In this document: positions 9,078-17,410 of the stretch, piece by piece
Position numbering within the stretch: the stretch's first letter is position 1
Layout: each line of letters opens with the position of its first letter
NCBI GenBank assembly: GCA_018650165.1
Contig: JABIGM010000032.1
Span: forward strand, 1-24,198
Origin: Methanobacteriota archaeon
Lineage (GTDB): Archaea; Thermoplasmatota; Poseidoniia; Poseidoniales; Poseidoniaceae
DNA length: 24,198 nt
Reading direction: 5' to 3'
Position numbers and translations under genes: made by a program
The notes under the pieces: model-generated
What the model saw: the letters and a program-made list of their open reading frames with translations, nothing else
Databases searched by the model: none
What the model was told of the DNA's origin: nothing

Positions 9078-10523
9078 ATGCGACCCCGGTGGATTATGTC
9101 TCCTCAAGAGGTCGCAATCCTCGATGCCAATGCCAAGGCATTGGGTGTAAATATGGATGAATTGATGAATACTGCTGCGGAACATCTAGCTAATGCACTG
9201 GAAGGTGCGCCGAGTCCGATTTGGATTCTTTGTGGACCGGGGAATAATGGAGGAGATGGATTCAGACTTGCAAACATGCTAGATGATTGCCATGTAATTG
9301 CAACTCATAGCAAACAAAAAACATCCTTAGCCCAACGAGCAAGAGATAGTTGGAAAGGTTCAGTTTTCACTTCTGATTCATTACCTGAAATTGCGCCAGC
9401 AGTGATTGTAGATTGCTTGCTGGGAGCTGGCTCACATGGAAAGCCGCGGGGAGAAGTAATCAAATTGATGGAAGCGATACCTGGGGGTCCGATGGTTTTG
9501 GCTTGTGATATGCCATCAGGCTGCGGCTCTGGAATCTCTTTCAATGCCTTTCGAACTGTAACATTCGAAGCACCAAAGTCCAATATGATTGATTCTGAAG
9601 GAAAACTATTGCCAGAAGTTGGTGATTTATTCATCGCACCAATTGGTTGGCCTGAAGAAACTCTAGATCCGGGACCGGGAGATTTACTGCGATATCCACA
9701 CCCTGTTGACGGACAAATCAAAGGTGACAGAGGACGAGTGCTCATTGTTGGCGGTGGTCCATATCATGGAGCCCCTATTCTTTCAGGAATGGCTGCTGCC
9801 AGAATGGGGGTTGATTTAGTTCATATTGCAATGCCAAAAGTTGCAGCCACCAGAGCAAAATGGCCGAATGAATTGATTCAAGAAAAGATGGATGATGAAG
9901 AAATTATTACTGATGTTTCCCGAATTATCGAACGCTGTAAGTCTGGAAGAGGGGTACAAGCAATGGTAATCGGACCTGGAATGGGTATTGATCCCGCTTC
10001 TCTGCAGGCAGTAAAAACGTTGATAGAAGCAACTCCTGAAATTCCAAAGGTAATTGATGCAGATGCTATCAATGCCCTCGAAGGCTGGCCCAATGGCCTG
10101 ATTGGAGTTGTTACCCCTCATCAAAAGGAATTAGAAAATTGGGTTGAAGATATTGAGGCTGTTCCGGATTTATTGACTGGATCAGGTGAAAACCGCGTAG
10201 TGGTACGTACTGGTGCAGAGGATATTATCGTAGGCTCTGCTGGGCGCGGAGGAATTGGTAATGGTGGTAATCCGCGCATGTCGATGGGTGGCACTGGAGA
10301 CTTGCTTGCAGGATGTATAGGTGGGCTACTAGGGCTTGGTTTGTCACCTTGGTCAGCATCTCGACTAGGGGTTCACTTGATGAGAACAGCAGGAAAAATA
10401 GCAGGTGATGAAATTGGTCCTGGAATGGTAGCAGATGATATTCCGCCTTACCTTTCAAGAGCATTGATTACAGGACCGGTTCTTCTCCATCCACAAGTGC
10501 AGGAAGGCCTTTCTTCTTCCTGA
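9078..10523 (+). CDS. nnr: Bifunctional NAD(P)HX epimerase/dehydratase (YjeF)
   Basis: GPGNNGGDG epimerase motif; GGGPYHGAP, GPGMG, DADA, TPH and GNPRMSMGGTGDLLAG carbohydrate-kinase-like motifs. Start is ATG 9078 or 9096. Confidence 0.92.
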   Translation: MRPRWIMSPQEVAILDANAKALGVNMDELMNTAAEHLANALEGAPSPIWILCGPGNNGGDGFRLANMLDDCHVIATHSKQKTSLAQRARDSWKGSVFTSDSLPEIAPAVIVDCLLGAGSHGKPRGEVIKLMEAIPGGPMVLACDMPSGCGSGISFNAFRTVTFEAPKSNMIDSEGKLLPEVGDLFIAPIGWPEETLDPGPGDLLRYPHPVDGQIKGDRGRVLIVGGGPYHGAPILSGMAAARMGVDLVHIAMPKVAATRAKWPNELIQEKMDDEEIITDVSRIIERCKSGRGVQAMVIGPGMGIDPASLQAVKTLIEATPEIPKVIDADAINALEGWPNGLIGVVTPHQKELENWVEDIEAVPDLLTGSGENRVVVRTGAEDIIVGSAGRGGIGNGGNPRMSMGGTGDLLAGCIGGLLGLGLSPWSASRLGVHLMRTAGKIAGDEIGPGMVADDIPPYLSRALITGPVLLHPQVQEGLSSS

Positions 10524-12144
10524 TGTAATCGGTATAATTTCCATAATACTTGGTCACGATACCATCTTGAAGTTCCCAGATTTGATTTACAATTTGGTCG
10601 AGGAACCATCTATCGTGACTTACGGTTACAATTGCTCCATCATAATCGACCAACGCTTCTTCTAGAGTTTCTTTTGCGTCCATATCCAAGTGGTTAGTTG
10701 GTTCGTCGAGTAACAATAGGTTATTTTCTTCAAGCAGAATTTTCAGTAGAGCAATACGTGCTCTTTCTCCACCAGACAGTTTGCCCAGTGGTGTGTCCAC
10801 TTGTTCCTTAGCAAACTGGAAACGGCCCAATGCAGCACGGATTTCCCCATATGACATATCAGGCCGCAATAACTCAACTTGCTTTACTGCATTTAGTTTG
10901 AAATCAAGAGTTCGATGGTCTTGGTGATAGTATCCAATAATTGTACCAGGTGCCAAATCACGGCTACCTGAATCGATCTTTTCATCACCTGTAACCAATT
11001 TGAGAAGTGTGGTTTTACCCTGACCGTTACCACCAACGATTCCGATTCTATCACCCTTTGAAATTTCTAAATCTTGGTTATCCAAAAGTGGGCGCTTCAA
11101 GCCTTCGAATCGCTTTGATGCCCCAAGGAATTGGATGATGTCATTGCTTGATTTGTCTGCAGCTTCAAGATTGAAACGAAGGCCCTTTCGCTGCTTTGGT
11201 TTTCGAGCAAGCAATGCTTTCAATTCCTGCTGCATTCTCTCAATCATCTTGTGCTTTGCTGAAATCGATTTGTCGTACTTGTTAGCAGACTTCATCGAAC
11301 GAAGTGCGTTTTGCGTGTGTGCGATTTTCTTCTCAACATTCTTTATACGGTCATCAAGGGCTGAGAGGAACTCTTCTTTTTGTTTCAAAAATTGTGAATA
11401 ATTGCCCTTGTAATTCCAATTTCTCAGGTTGTCTATTTCGACAATTCTCGTACATACTTGGTCGAGGAAATATCTGTCGTGAGAAACAATTAACTGGGCT
11501 CCCACGAACTCATTGATGAATTCTTCAAGCCACTCTGTAGTTGCAATATCCAAGTGATTTGTAGGCTCGTCAAGGAAGATGACATCAACGCCGGCTAAGC
11601 CTACAAGTTGACGAGCAAGAGCAAGTTTTGCCTTCTCGCCTCCTGAAAGTTTGTTGACTTTCATTTCCATAGGATGTTGATCAAGACCTAGCATCTCTAA
11701 AATCGCCTTAGCAATATTGGCAACATTCCCTCCACCTGAAGTGCCGAGCATTGTTTGGAGTTCTGAGTAGCGCTCCATAACAGGTTGCCAATTTCCTTCG
11801 TAGAATGATGGGTCAATCATTTGTGCTTCGATAGTTGCAATCTCCTCTTCCAATTCCTGGAATTGACGACCTTTACGAGATAATTCTTCCTCAATTGTTG
11901 AATCTTCATCGATATCTCGTATCTGAGTGAGATATGCAATACGTATGCCTGATGCGAAATCGATGTCACCAACATCCTGCTTTTGTTCAGAGATAGTATT
12001 GAGCAGTGTTGTCTTTCCAGCACCGTTGTGACCAACTATTCCAACACGGTCACCTTCATTGACCATGAGATTGATGTCCTGCAAAACGGTGACAGCGCCG
12101 AATGAACGGTCTACACCCTCCACACGGATTAGTTCACGGGACAT
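10468..12144 (-). CDS. ABC-F family ATPase (two ABC domains, no TM domain)
   Basis: Two Walker A motifs (GHNGAGKTT, GGNGQGKTT), two LSGGE signatures, two LDEPTNHLD motifs, VSHDR H-loops, YKGNYSQF linker start, and a helical arm insertion in ABC1. Confidence 0.93.
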   Translation of the reverse strand: MSRELIRVEGVDRSFGAVTVLQDINLMVNEGDRVGIVGHNGAGKTTLLNTISEQKQDVGDIDFASGIRIAYLTQIRDIDEDSTIEEELSRKGRQFQELEEEIATIEAQMIDPSFYEGNWQPVMERYSELQTMLGTSGGGNVANIAKAILEMLGLDQHPMEMKVNKLSGGEKAKLALARQLVGLAGVDVIFLDEPTNHLDIATTEWLEEFINEFVGAQLIVSHDRYFLDQVCTRIVEIDNLRNWNYKGNYSQFLKQKEEFLSALDDRIKNVEKKIAHTQNALRSMKSANKYDKSISAKHKMIERMQQELKALLARKPKQRKGLRFNLEAADKSSNDIIQFLGASKRFEGLKRPLLDNQDLEISKGDRIGIVGGNGQGKTTLLKLVTGDEKIDSGSRDLAPGTIIGYYHQDHRTLDFKLNAVKQVELLRPDMSYGEIRAALGRFQFAKEQVDTPLGKLSGGERARIALLKILLEENNLLLLDEPTNHLDMDAKETLEEALVDYDGAIVTVSHDRWFLDQIVNQIWELQDGIVTKYYGNYTDYIRKKKGLPALVDGEEPVL

Positions 12145-12370
12145 GTTGCGAGGCGGCTGCCACTCGCTTATGGAGTCACCGTTTGAATCGGTTTCAATAA
12201 ATCCTAACTTCTTGTAAAAATGCCACGGGGAGCATGAAGCGATTCATAAATTTCAGTTGTCTGTCTGGAAAGTGAAAAAATATACCTTTTTATGGTAAAT
12301 CTAATGCCACCATTCGGAAATCAATTTCACTATTCAATCACATTTCAAAACCATTTCAGTGACGCATCTA

Positions 12371-12386
12371 GACAAAAGTAAATAGG
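12371..12386 (+). promoter_or_regulatory. Putative archaeal BRE/TATA promoter for the 53-aa ORF
   Basis: GACAAAAG followed by TAAATA (12379-12384), about 25 nt upstream of ATG 12410. The spacing fits a leaderless transcript. Confidence 0.5.
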
Positions 12387-12409
12387 TGTAGAAGAGAAGT
12401 AGTGCAATC

Positions 12410-12571
12410 ATGGCAAGTGAGGACACAAAATTACGCCCAACCGCAGCAGAGTCGTTAGTCAAGGCTACTGTAATTGTTCTGGACCATGTTGAGGTTAGAG
12501 CACACATGATACAAGCTTCTTTAGAGGCAGCAAAGAGATTAGGTGCACATACAATCTCCTACTTGGAATGA
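12410..12571 (+). CDS. Small 53-aa protein with weak histone-fold resemblance (absent from the ORF track)
   Basis: Hand translation: MASEDTKLRPTAAESLVKATVIVLDHVEVRAHMIQASLEAAKRLGAHTISYLE*. It fills an otherwise empty gap and follows a TATA-like element. Confidence 0.5.
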   Translation: MASEDTKLRPTAAESLVKATVIVLDHVEVRAHMIQASLEAAKRLGAHTISYLE

Positions 12572-12612
12572 AATAGCAGAAAGGTCATGGACACATACTC
12601 CTTCCGAGTGTT

Positions 12613-13221
12613 GTGGACTTAACTGCAATCTCAGCTGCTGCCGTGATGTTCACTCTCGGAGCAACGTCTCCAGGTCCATCACTCGCAATTGTATTGCGTA
12701 ATACCATGATTGGTGGAAGAGCAAGGGGTCTTGCTTGTGCAGTTGGGCATGGTATCGGTTTTGGATTCTATGCCATAACAGTCGTATTTGGTCTAGTAAT
12801 ACTGATGGAAAACAATCCTGAACTTTTCACATTCATGCAGATAATTGGCGGCTTATTCTTGCTTTATTTAGGAGTAGGAATGATACGTAGTGAGGCGAAA
12901 GAGATTGTTCAATCAGAAGGAAAAACCAAGGGTTTTGTCGAGGGTTTTTTCATAGCGTTCTTGAACCCTAAAATTGCAGTATTCATGCTTGCAGTACTCT
13001 CCACAGTCCTAGACCCCAGCATGTCCAGTGATACCAAATGGGTGATTGCTGGGATGGGTATGACAATTGATACTGTTTGGTATGTACTAGTCGCACTGGT
13101 TCTTTCCAACTCAGCAATGCTAGTGAAAATAGAGGCGAATCAACGTACTCTGAATGTTATTACAGGTGTTTTAATGATCGGACTAGCATTGTGGACTGCC
13201 ATCAAACTTGCTGGATTTTAA
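12613..13221 (+). CDS. LysE/RhtB-family amino-acid exporter
   Basis: SPGPS motif, GRARGLACAVGHGIG, GFFIAFLNPKIAVF; multiple TM segments; GTG start. Confidence 0.9.
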   Translation: MDLTAISAAAVMFTLGATSPGPSLAIVLRNTMIGGRARGLACAVGHGIGFGFYAITVVFGLVILMENNPELFTFMQIIGGLFLLYLGVGMIRSEAKEIVQSEGKTKGFVEGFFIAFLNPKIAVFMLAVLSTVLDPSMSSDTKWVIAGMGMTIDTVWYVLVALVLSNSAMLVKIEANQRTLNVITGVLMIGLALWTAIKLAGF

Positions 13222-13223
13222 CA

Positions 13224-13240
13224 CATCAATACTATTGATG
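13224..13240. promoter_or_regulatory. 17-bp palindrome CATCAATA-C-TATTGATG between lysE and mutM
   Basis: Perfect 8-bp inverted repeat with a 1-bp spacer, ending 19 nt before the mutM ATG. Function is inferred. Confidence 0.4.
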
Positions 13241-13259
13241 GCGAGTATTAGCAGCAGGC

Positions 13260-14063
13260 ATGCCAGAGTTGCCTGAGGTCGAAACAGTCCGTACCGGGCT
13301 TTCTCGTTCTTGGATTGGAAAAAGAATCGATGGCGTAGAATTACGCAGAGCGGGTTTACGTTTCCCATTTCCAGATGGACTAGAGGAGCGACTTACTGGA
13401 CAAGTAATTACAGCTATTAGAAGAAGGGCGAAATATCTGTTAATCGATCTCGATAATGGCGATATTCTGCTTTCACATCTCGGAATGAGTGGTAAGTGGA
13501 CATTAGATGCTAATGATTGTGAAGGAAAACATGACCATGTTGTAATCCACTTAGATGATGGTAGCATGTCGGTATACAACGATCCTCGAAGATTCGGAGT
13601 TCTTGACATCTACAGAGGAGATTCACACAAATTACTCGACCACCTTGGACCTGAGCCACTAGAGGAATGGACTGCTAATGACTTGTTTCAAAAGTTACAA
13701 CGCCGTAAAAGTCCAATCAAAATATGTATTTTAGACCAGAAAGTCGTAGTAGGTGTTGGCAATATCTATGTCTGTGAAGCACTCAATCGAAGTAAGATTT
13801 CACCCATTAGAATTTCAAATAAAATCACATTAAAAGAATGTGCAATCTTGGTAAACGAAATCAAAATAATTTTGGCTGAAGCAATTCAAGCTGGTGGCTC
13901 AACACTGAGAGATTTCGCCGGAGTCGATGGTACTCTGGGCTATTTCCCTCACCAGTTCAAAGTATACGACAAAGAAGGATCAGGTTGTGAGTGTGGCGGT
14001 ATTGTAGAACGACTAATTCAAGGTGGACGCTCGACCTTCTGGTGTGCATCTTGTCAGAAGTAA
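13260..14063 (+). CDS. mutM: Formamidopyrimidine-DNA glycosylase / AP lyase
   Basis: N-terminal PELPEVE; RRAKYL; HLGMSG; DPRRFG; LGPEP; H2TH motif LDQ..VVGVGNIY..E; C-terminal zinc finger ending GRSTFWCASCQ. Confidence 0.97.
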   Translation: MPELPEVETVRTGLSRSWIGKRIDGVELRRAGLRFPFPDGLEERLTGQVITAIRRRAKYLLIDLDNGDILLSHLGMSGKWTLDANDCEGKHDHVVIHLDDGSMSVYNDPRRFGVLDIYRGDSHKLLDHLGPEPLEEWTANDLFQKLQRRKSPIKICILDQKVVVGVGNIYVCEALNRSKISPIRISNKITLKECAILVNEIKIILAEAIQAGGSTLRDFAGVDGTLGYFPHQFKVYDKEGSGCECGGIVERLIQGGRSTFWCASCQK

Positions 14064-14666
14064 TCAATAATTATCCAATACAGTTCTAACATCCTCAACA
14101 AAGAGGTCGACTGGAAAATCAAAATCTGACCAAACGACTCTACCTTTCAAATCACTATCTAGAATGTAAGTTGGTGATGTATGGGCGACTGTGTAGCCCT
14201 CTTCAGAATCATCGGACTCCTCAAATGGCCCTACACCATATGTGTCATATACCATCTTTAGAGCATCTTCACTACCGGTTAAATGCGGCCAATCATATCC
14301 TCTTTCTTCAGTCCAATTTTGTAATTTAGAAGGCGAATCGGTTCTCCAATCAACTGTAACTGAGACGATACTAATCTTCTCTAATTCCTCTTCAGTCAGT
14401 GTGTCCTGGGCCATCTTGATGTTCTGACTAGTTACCGGACAAGTGTTTTCACATCGAGTAAACATGAATACGAGAATTACCACCTTGCCCTTTTGCTCAT
14501 CCATACTCCATAAGTCGCCATCTGCGCTCTCAAGAGTGAATCTGTAAGTTTCACTTCCTTCTAAATTAAGGCCATTAAACGTGACTGGAACCTCTTCGTC
14601 TTCCGACATACAACCAGGAAGGAGCAAAATTATTGCTAGAAAAAACGCTTCAACTCTCATCATCAT
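14064..14666 (-). CDS. SCO1/SenC-family copper chaperone, probable lipoprotein
   Basis: FTRCENTC (CxxxC); VSVTVD; conserved His in AHTSPTYILD; N-terminal hydrophobic stretch ending LLPGC. Confidence 0.9.
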   Translation of the reverse strand: MMMRVEAFFLAIILLLPGCMSEDEEVPVTFNGLNLEGSETYRFTLESADGDLWSMDEQKGKVVILVFMFTRCENTCPVTSQNIKMAQDTLTEEELEKISIVSVTVDWRTDSPSKLQNWTEERGYDWPHLTGSEDALKMVYDTYGVGPFEESDDSEEGYTVAHTSPTYILDSDLKGRVVWSDFDFPVDLFVEDVRTVLDNY

Positions 14667-15241
14667 GCCTCCAAATCTAACACTGTACGCAAATCTTCCA
14701 TGAATAAGTCGATTGGCCAGTCGTACTCATTCCACATAACTCTACCATTTAGATTTGAATCTAAAATGTAAACAGGTTGTAGGTGAATATCTTGGTAATC
14801 TTCTTCATCATAAGGAATTACATCATATGCAGAATATGTGTTTCTGATTTCATCTGAATTCCAATCGGTGAGGTGTGGCCAATCTAGACCCATATCGGCA
14901 GACCAGTTTTGCAGAACTTCAGGAGAGTCGTGACGCCAATCAATTGTTACTGAAACGAATACTACTTGCTCTAGTTCCTCGGATGTTAATTGAGACTTGA
15001 CCACTTTCAAATTTTGAGAAATCAAAAGGCAAACATCATCACATCGAGTATAGATAAATGCAAGAACTACAACTTTACCATCTGCATCTTCCAATGAGTA
15101 AGAAGATTGTTCTTGGTCACTAAGTGTGAATTTGAAAGTCTCCATTTCGTTTAGATCTTCACCATTGAAGTCGATACTCTCTTCAGAAAAACAACCGGGA
15201 ATAATTAGTATCAAACAGGCGATTAAGACGCGCATTTGCAT
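14663..15241 (-). CDS. SCO1/SenC-family copper chaperone, probable lipoprotein (paralogue)
   Basis: YTRCDDVC (CxxxC); VSVTID; His in IHLQPVYILD; signal ending IIPGC; ATGA overlap with the downstream paralogue. Confidence 0.9.
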   Translation of the reverse strand: MQMRVLIACLILIIPGCFSEESIDFNGEDLNEMETFKFTLSDQEQSSYSLEDADGKVVVLAFIYTRCDDVCLLISQNLKVVKSQLTSEELEQVVFVSVTIDWRHDSPEVLQNWSADMGLDWPHLTDWNSDEIRNTYSAYDVIPYDEEDYQDIHLQPVYILDSNLNGRVMWNEYDWPIDLFMEDLRTVLDLEA

Positions 15242-15255
15242 ACGTCATCACAACT

Positions 15256-15609
15256 TCAGAACTCTCTCCAACCCTTCCCACAATCTTTGCAAGTAAGCAT
15301 TCTTGTTTCGGGTTCATCAGAAGAACGGGTTTGCTCTAGGTACGAATATACTTCTCGGCATTCACACTTTGGACAGAGATAGGCATTGGTAGTTAGTACA
15401 CCTTTCATCTCATCTGAATCTTTGATAACTTCATACACACGAGTTTCTGCCTTGGTTGACGAGGTGGTTTTTGAAAGGTCTACTTCCTTACCATCGACAC
15501 CCTTTACTTTCACATTAGCAGGCCCAGAATATCCACATTTGTAATTGGTACAATTAATCTCGCCCGAAGGTGTAGGGAATGCGAGTGTGCCACATTCTGG
15601 ACAGAACAT
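15256..15609 (-). CDS. tfs: Transcription elongation factor TFS / RpoM
   Basis: N-terminal zinc ribbon MFCPECG...CTNYKC; C-terminal ribbon CPKC...QTRSSDEPETRMLTCKDC with the acidic DE hairpin. Start placed at ATG 15609. Confidence 0.95.
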   Translation of the reverse strand: MFCPECGTLAFPTPSGEINCTNYKCGYSGPANVKVKGVDGKEVDLSKTTSSTKAETRVYEVIKDSDEMKGVLTTNAYLCPKCECREVYSYLEQTRSSDEPETRMLTCKDCGKGWREF

Positions 15610-15696
15610 AGGAACAGGTGAAACAATCATACATATCAACATTGTCTAAAGGACAGCAGCAATTGATTCATCAATGGGAGACGAGTGGACCACCAT

Positions 15697-16704
15697 ATGT
15701 GGCTGTGGTATGACTGGAGAGCGGCGGCTGTCGCAGACTCAAATGGCAACATTGTTGACGTCGAGGAATGGAATGGCTGGAAGGATACTGATGCAGTTTG
15801 CTCTCGGATGGATATGATTGCCCATATGGCGATGACTCCCGAGGCTGAGAGGCTGTCAGAGCGATTTCCTGATGCCAAAGTATTGATTCACGGCGATGAC
15901 GAATTACCTGATGCTAACTGGCCGATTCCGAGTTCTGAGGCTTTAGCCGCACTAGATAGAGCTGCAATCTTACTTTCTAAGCGTGGTGTTGACGCTGCAG
16001 CCGGCGACCCTGACAGACGCTTGGAACACATTTTACGAGCATCGGATGAACTTCGAGCCGCCTACATCACAATTGAAGGTAGATTGGTAGAATGGGTTGG
16101 ATTATTTCTACCAGAAGCAAGGTTCGAACGTGATAGAAGCGCTCTAGCCCACAAAGTAATCAATTGTTCTAATCTTAGTGAACTAGCGGATGAAATCGGG
16201 ATTGGTATGCCACCAAAAGGACCGACAGATGCAGAATGGGATAGTCTTCACGATTGGGCCCAAAGTGTCTTAGAAATCAAAAATCGCTTGGAGCGAATGG
16301 AAGATGTTGTGCGAGAACTCGCTTCGCAGCACTTGCAGTCGCTTTCGGCATTACTTGGACCAATCCTTGCCGCAAGGTTGTGTGTTGAAGCTCATGGCCG
16401 TGCTCGATTGGCACGACTACCTGCTGGTACAATGCAGATTCTTGGAGCTGAAAAAGCATTTTTCAACCATTTGAAAACCGGTTCACCATCGCCAAAACAC
16501 GGACACATATTCATGCACCCATGGATCTCCCGTTCGCCACGATGGATGAGAGGAAAAATCGCTAGAACCGTTGCTGCAAAAGCAACTATCGCCGCAAGGT
16601 GTGATGAATTCGGTGGTGAAAAGTGGGACCAAGCCACCATAGATGCGGTAGCCGATAGAGTAGAAACTATTCGAAGTGAGAATTCGACCCCACCATCGAG
16701 GTGA
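15697..16704 (+). CDS. nop5: Nop5 (Nop56/58) box C/D sRNP scaffold protein
   Basis: RLVEWVGLFLPE, LARLPAGTMQILGAEKAFF, PKHGHIF and RGKIAR motifs. Start is GTG 15685 or ATG 15697. Confidence 0.93.
   Translation: MWLWYDWRAAAVADSNGNIVDVEEWNGWKDTDAVCSRMDMIAHMAMTPEAERLSERFPDAKVLIHGDDELPDANWPIPSSEALAALDRAAILLSKRGVDAAAGDPDRRLEHILRASDELRAAYITIEGRLVEWVGLFLPEARFERDRSALAHKVINCSNLSELADEIGIGMPPKGPTDAEWDSLHDWAQSVLEIKNRLERMEDVVRELASQHLQSLSALLGPILAARLCVEAHGRARLARLPAGTMQILGAEKAFFNHLKTGSPSPKHGHIFMHPWISRSPRWMRGKIARTVAAKATIAARCDEFGGEKWDQATIDAVADRVETIRSENSTPPSR
16698..16704 (+). promoter_or_regulatory. Shine-Dalgarno site GAGGTGA for fibrillarin, overlapping the nop5 stop codon
   Basis: Canonical archaeal SD, with a 4-nt spacer before ATG 16709. 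Confidence 0.8.
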
Positions 16705-16708
16705 AAAT

Positions 16709-17404
16709 ATGGGGAAAAAACGCCGCCTTTCCTGGGCCGTCATGGTTGATGGCAGGGCCATTTGGACACTGAATGCAGTCCCTAAGGTTTCACAGTATGG
16801 TGAATCTCTTCGGAAATTCAAGGGTGAAGAGTATAGGCGTTGGGACCCTACTCGCTCGAAACTTGGAGCAGCTTTGTCACGATCTAGAAAATCACAATAT
16901 GATCTATTACCGCAAGAAGGTGATACATGCCTATACCTTGGCGCAGGCCATGGAACATCACTATCCCATCTTCACGACCACGTCTGTGGAATGGATAACC
17001 AAAAGGATGGGCGTATCATTGCAATAGACCTTTCACCACGCTGCTTGAGAGATTTGGTACATCTCTCCACTATTCGTCCGGGGCTTGTGCCGGTTCTAGG
17101 TGATGCTAGAAAGCATGCTGCGTGGGGAATAATGGTTGCTTCAAAGGTGGATTGGCTGTTACAAGATGTCAGCCAAGCTGGTCAAACAGAGATTTTTATC
17201 AATGCTGTTAACAGATTTCTCAAGCCTGGTGGCAAAGGACTTCTGTCGTTAAAAGCAGCATCTGAACGATTTTCTGATGCTGGAGAAAAAGAAGTTTTCA
17301 ATCAAGTTAGAGTGCAACTAGAAGATGCTGGACTAACTGTTGAGGAACAGATTGACCTACACGGACTGGAAGACAATCATTGTCTTTACTACATTACCAA
17401 CTAA
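16709..17404 (+). CDS. flpA: Fibrillarin-like rRNA/tRNA 2'-O-methyltransferase
   Basis: YRRWDPTRSKLGAA, LYLGAGHGTSLSH, VLGDAR, QDVSQAGQ and LKAAS; K-D-K triad equivalents present. Start set by the SD. Confidence 0.93.
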   Translation: MGKKRRLSWAVMVDGRAIWTLNAVPKVSQYGESLRKFKGEEYRRWDPTRSKLGAALSRSRKSQYDLLPQEGDTCLYLGAGHGTSLSHLHDHVCGMDNQKDGRIIAIDLSPRCLRDLVHLSTIRPGLVPVLGDARKHAAWGIMVASKVDWLLQDVSQAGQTEIFINAVNRFLKPGGKGLLSLKAASERFSDAGEKEVFNQVRVQLEDAGLTVEEQIDLHGLEDNHCLYYITN

Positions 17405-17410
17405 GGGTTA

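Noticed and set aside
9006-9185. 60-aa N-terminal extension of IcmF in the ORF track
   Set aside because: It overlaps the divergent nnr gene and has no family similarity; the conserved sequence begins shortly after ATG 9005.
12181-12260. Cobalamin-riboswitch-like fragment (TGCCAC GGGGAG)
   Set aside because: Too short, lacks the rest of the conserved structure, and is not upstream of icmF.
12292-12381. 29-aa ORF MVNLMPPFGNQFHYS...
   Set aside because: No promoter spacing or recognisable motif; it overlaps the repeat array and the promoter of the 53-aa ORF.
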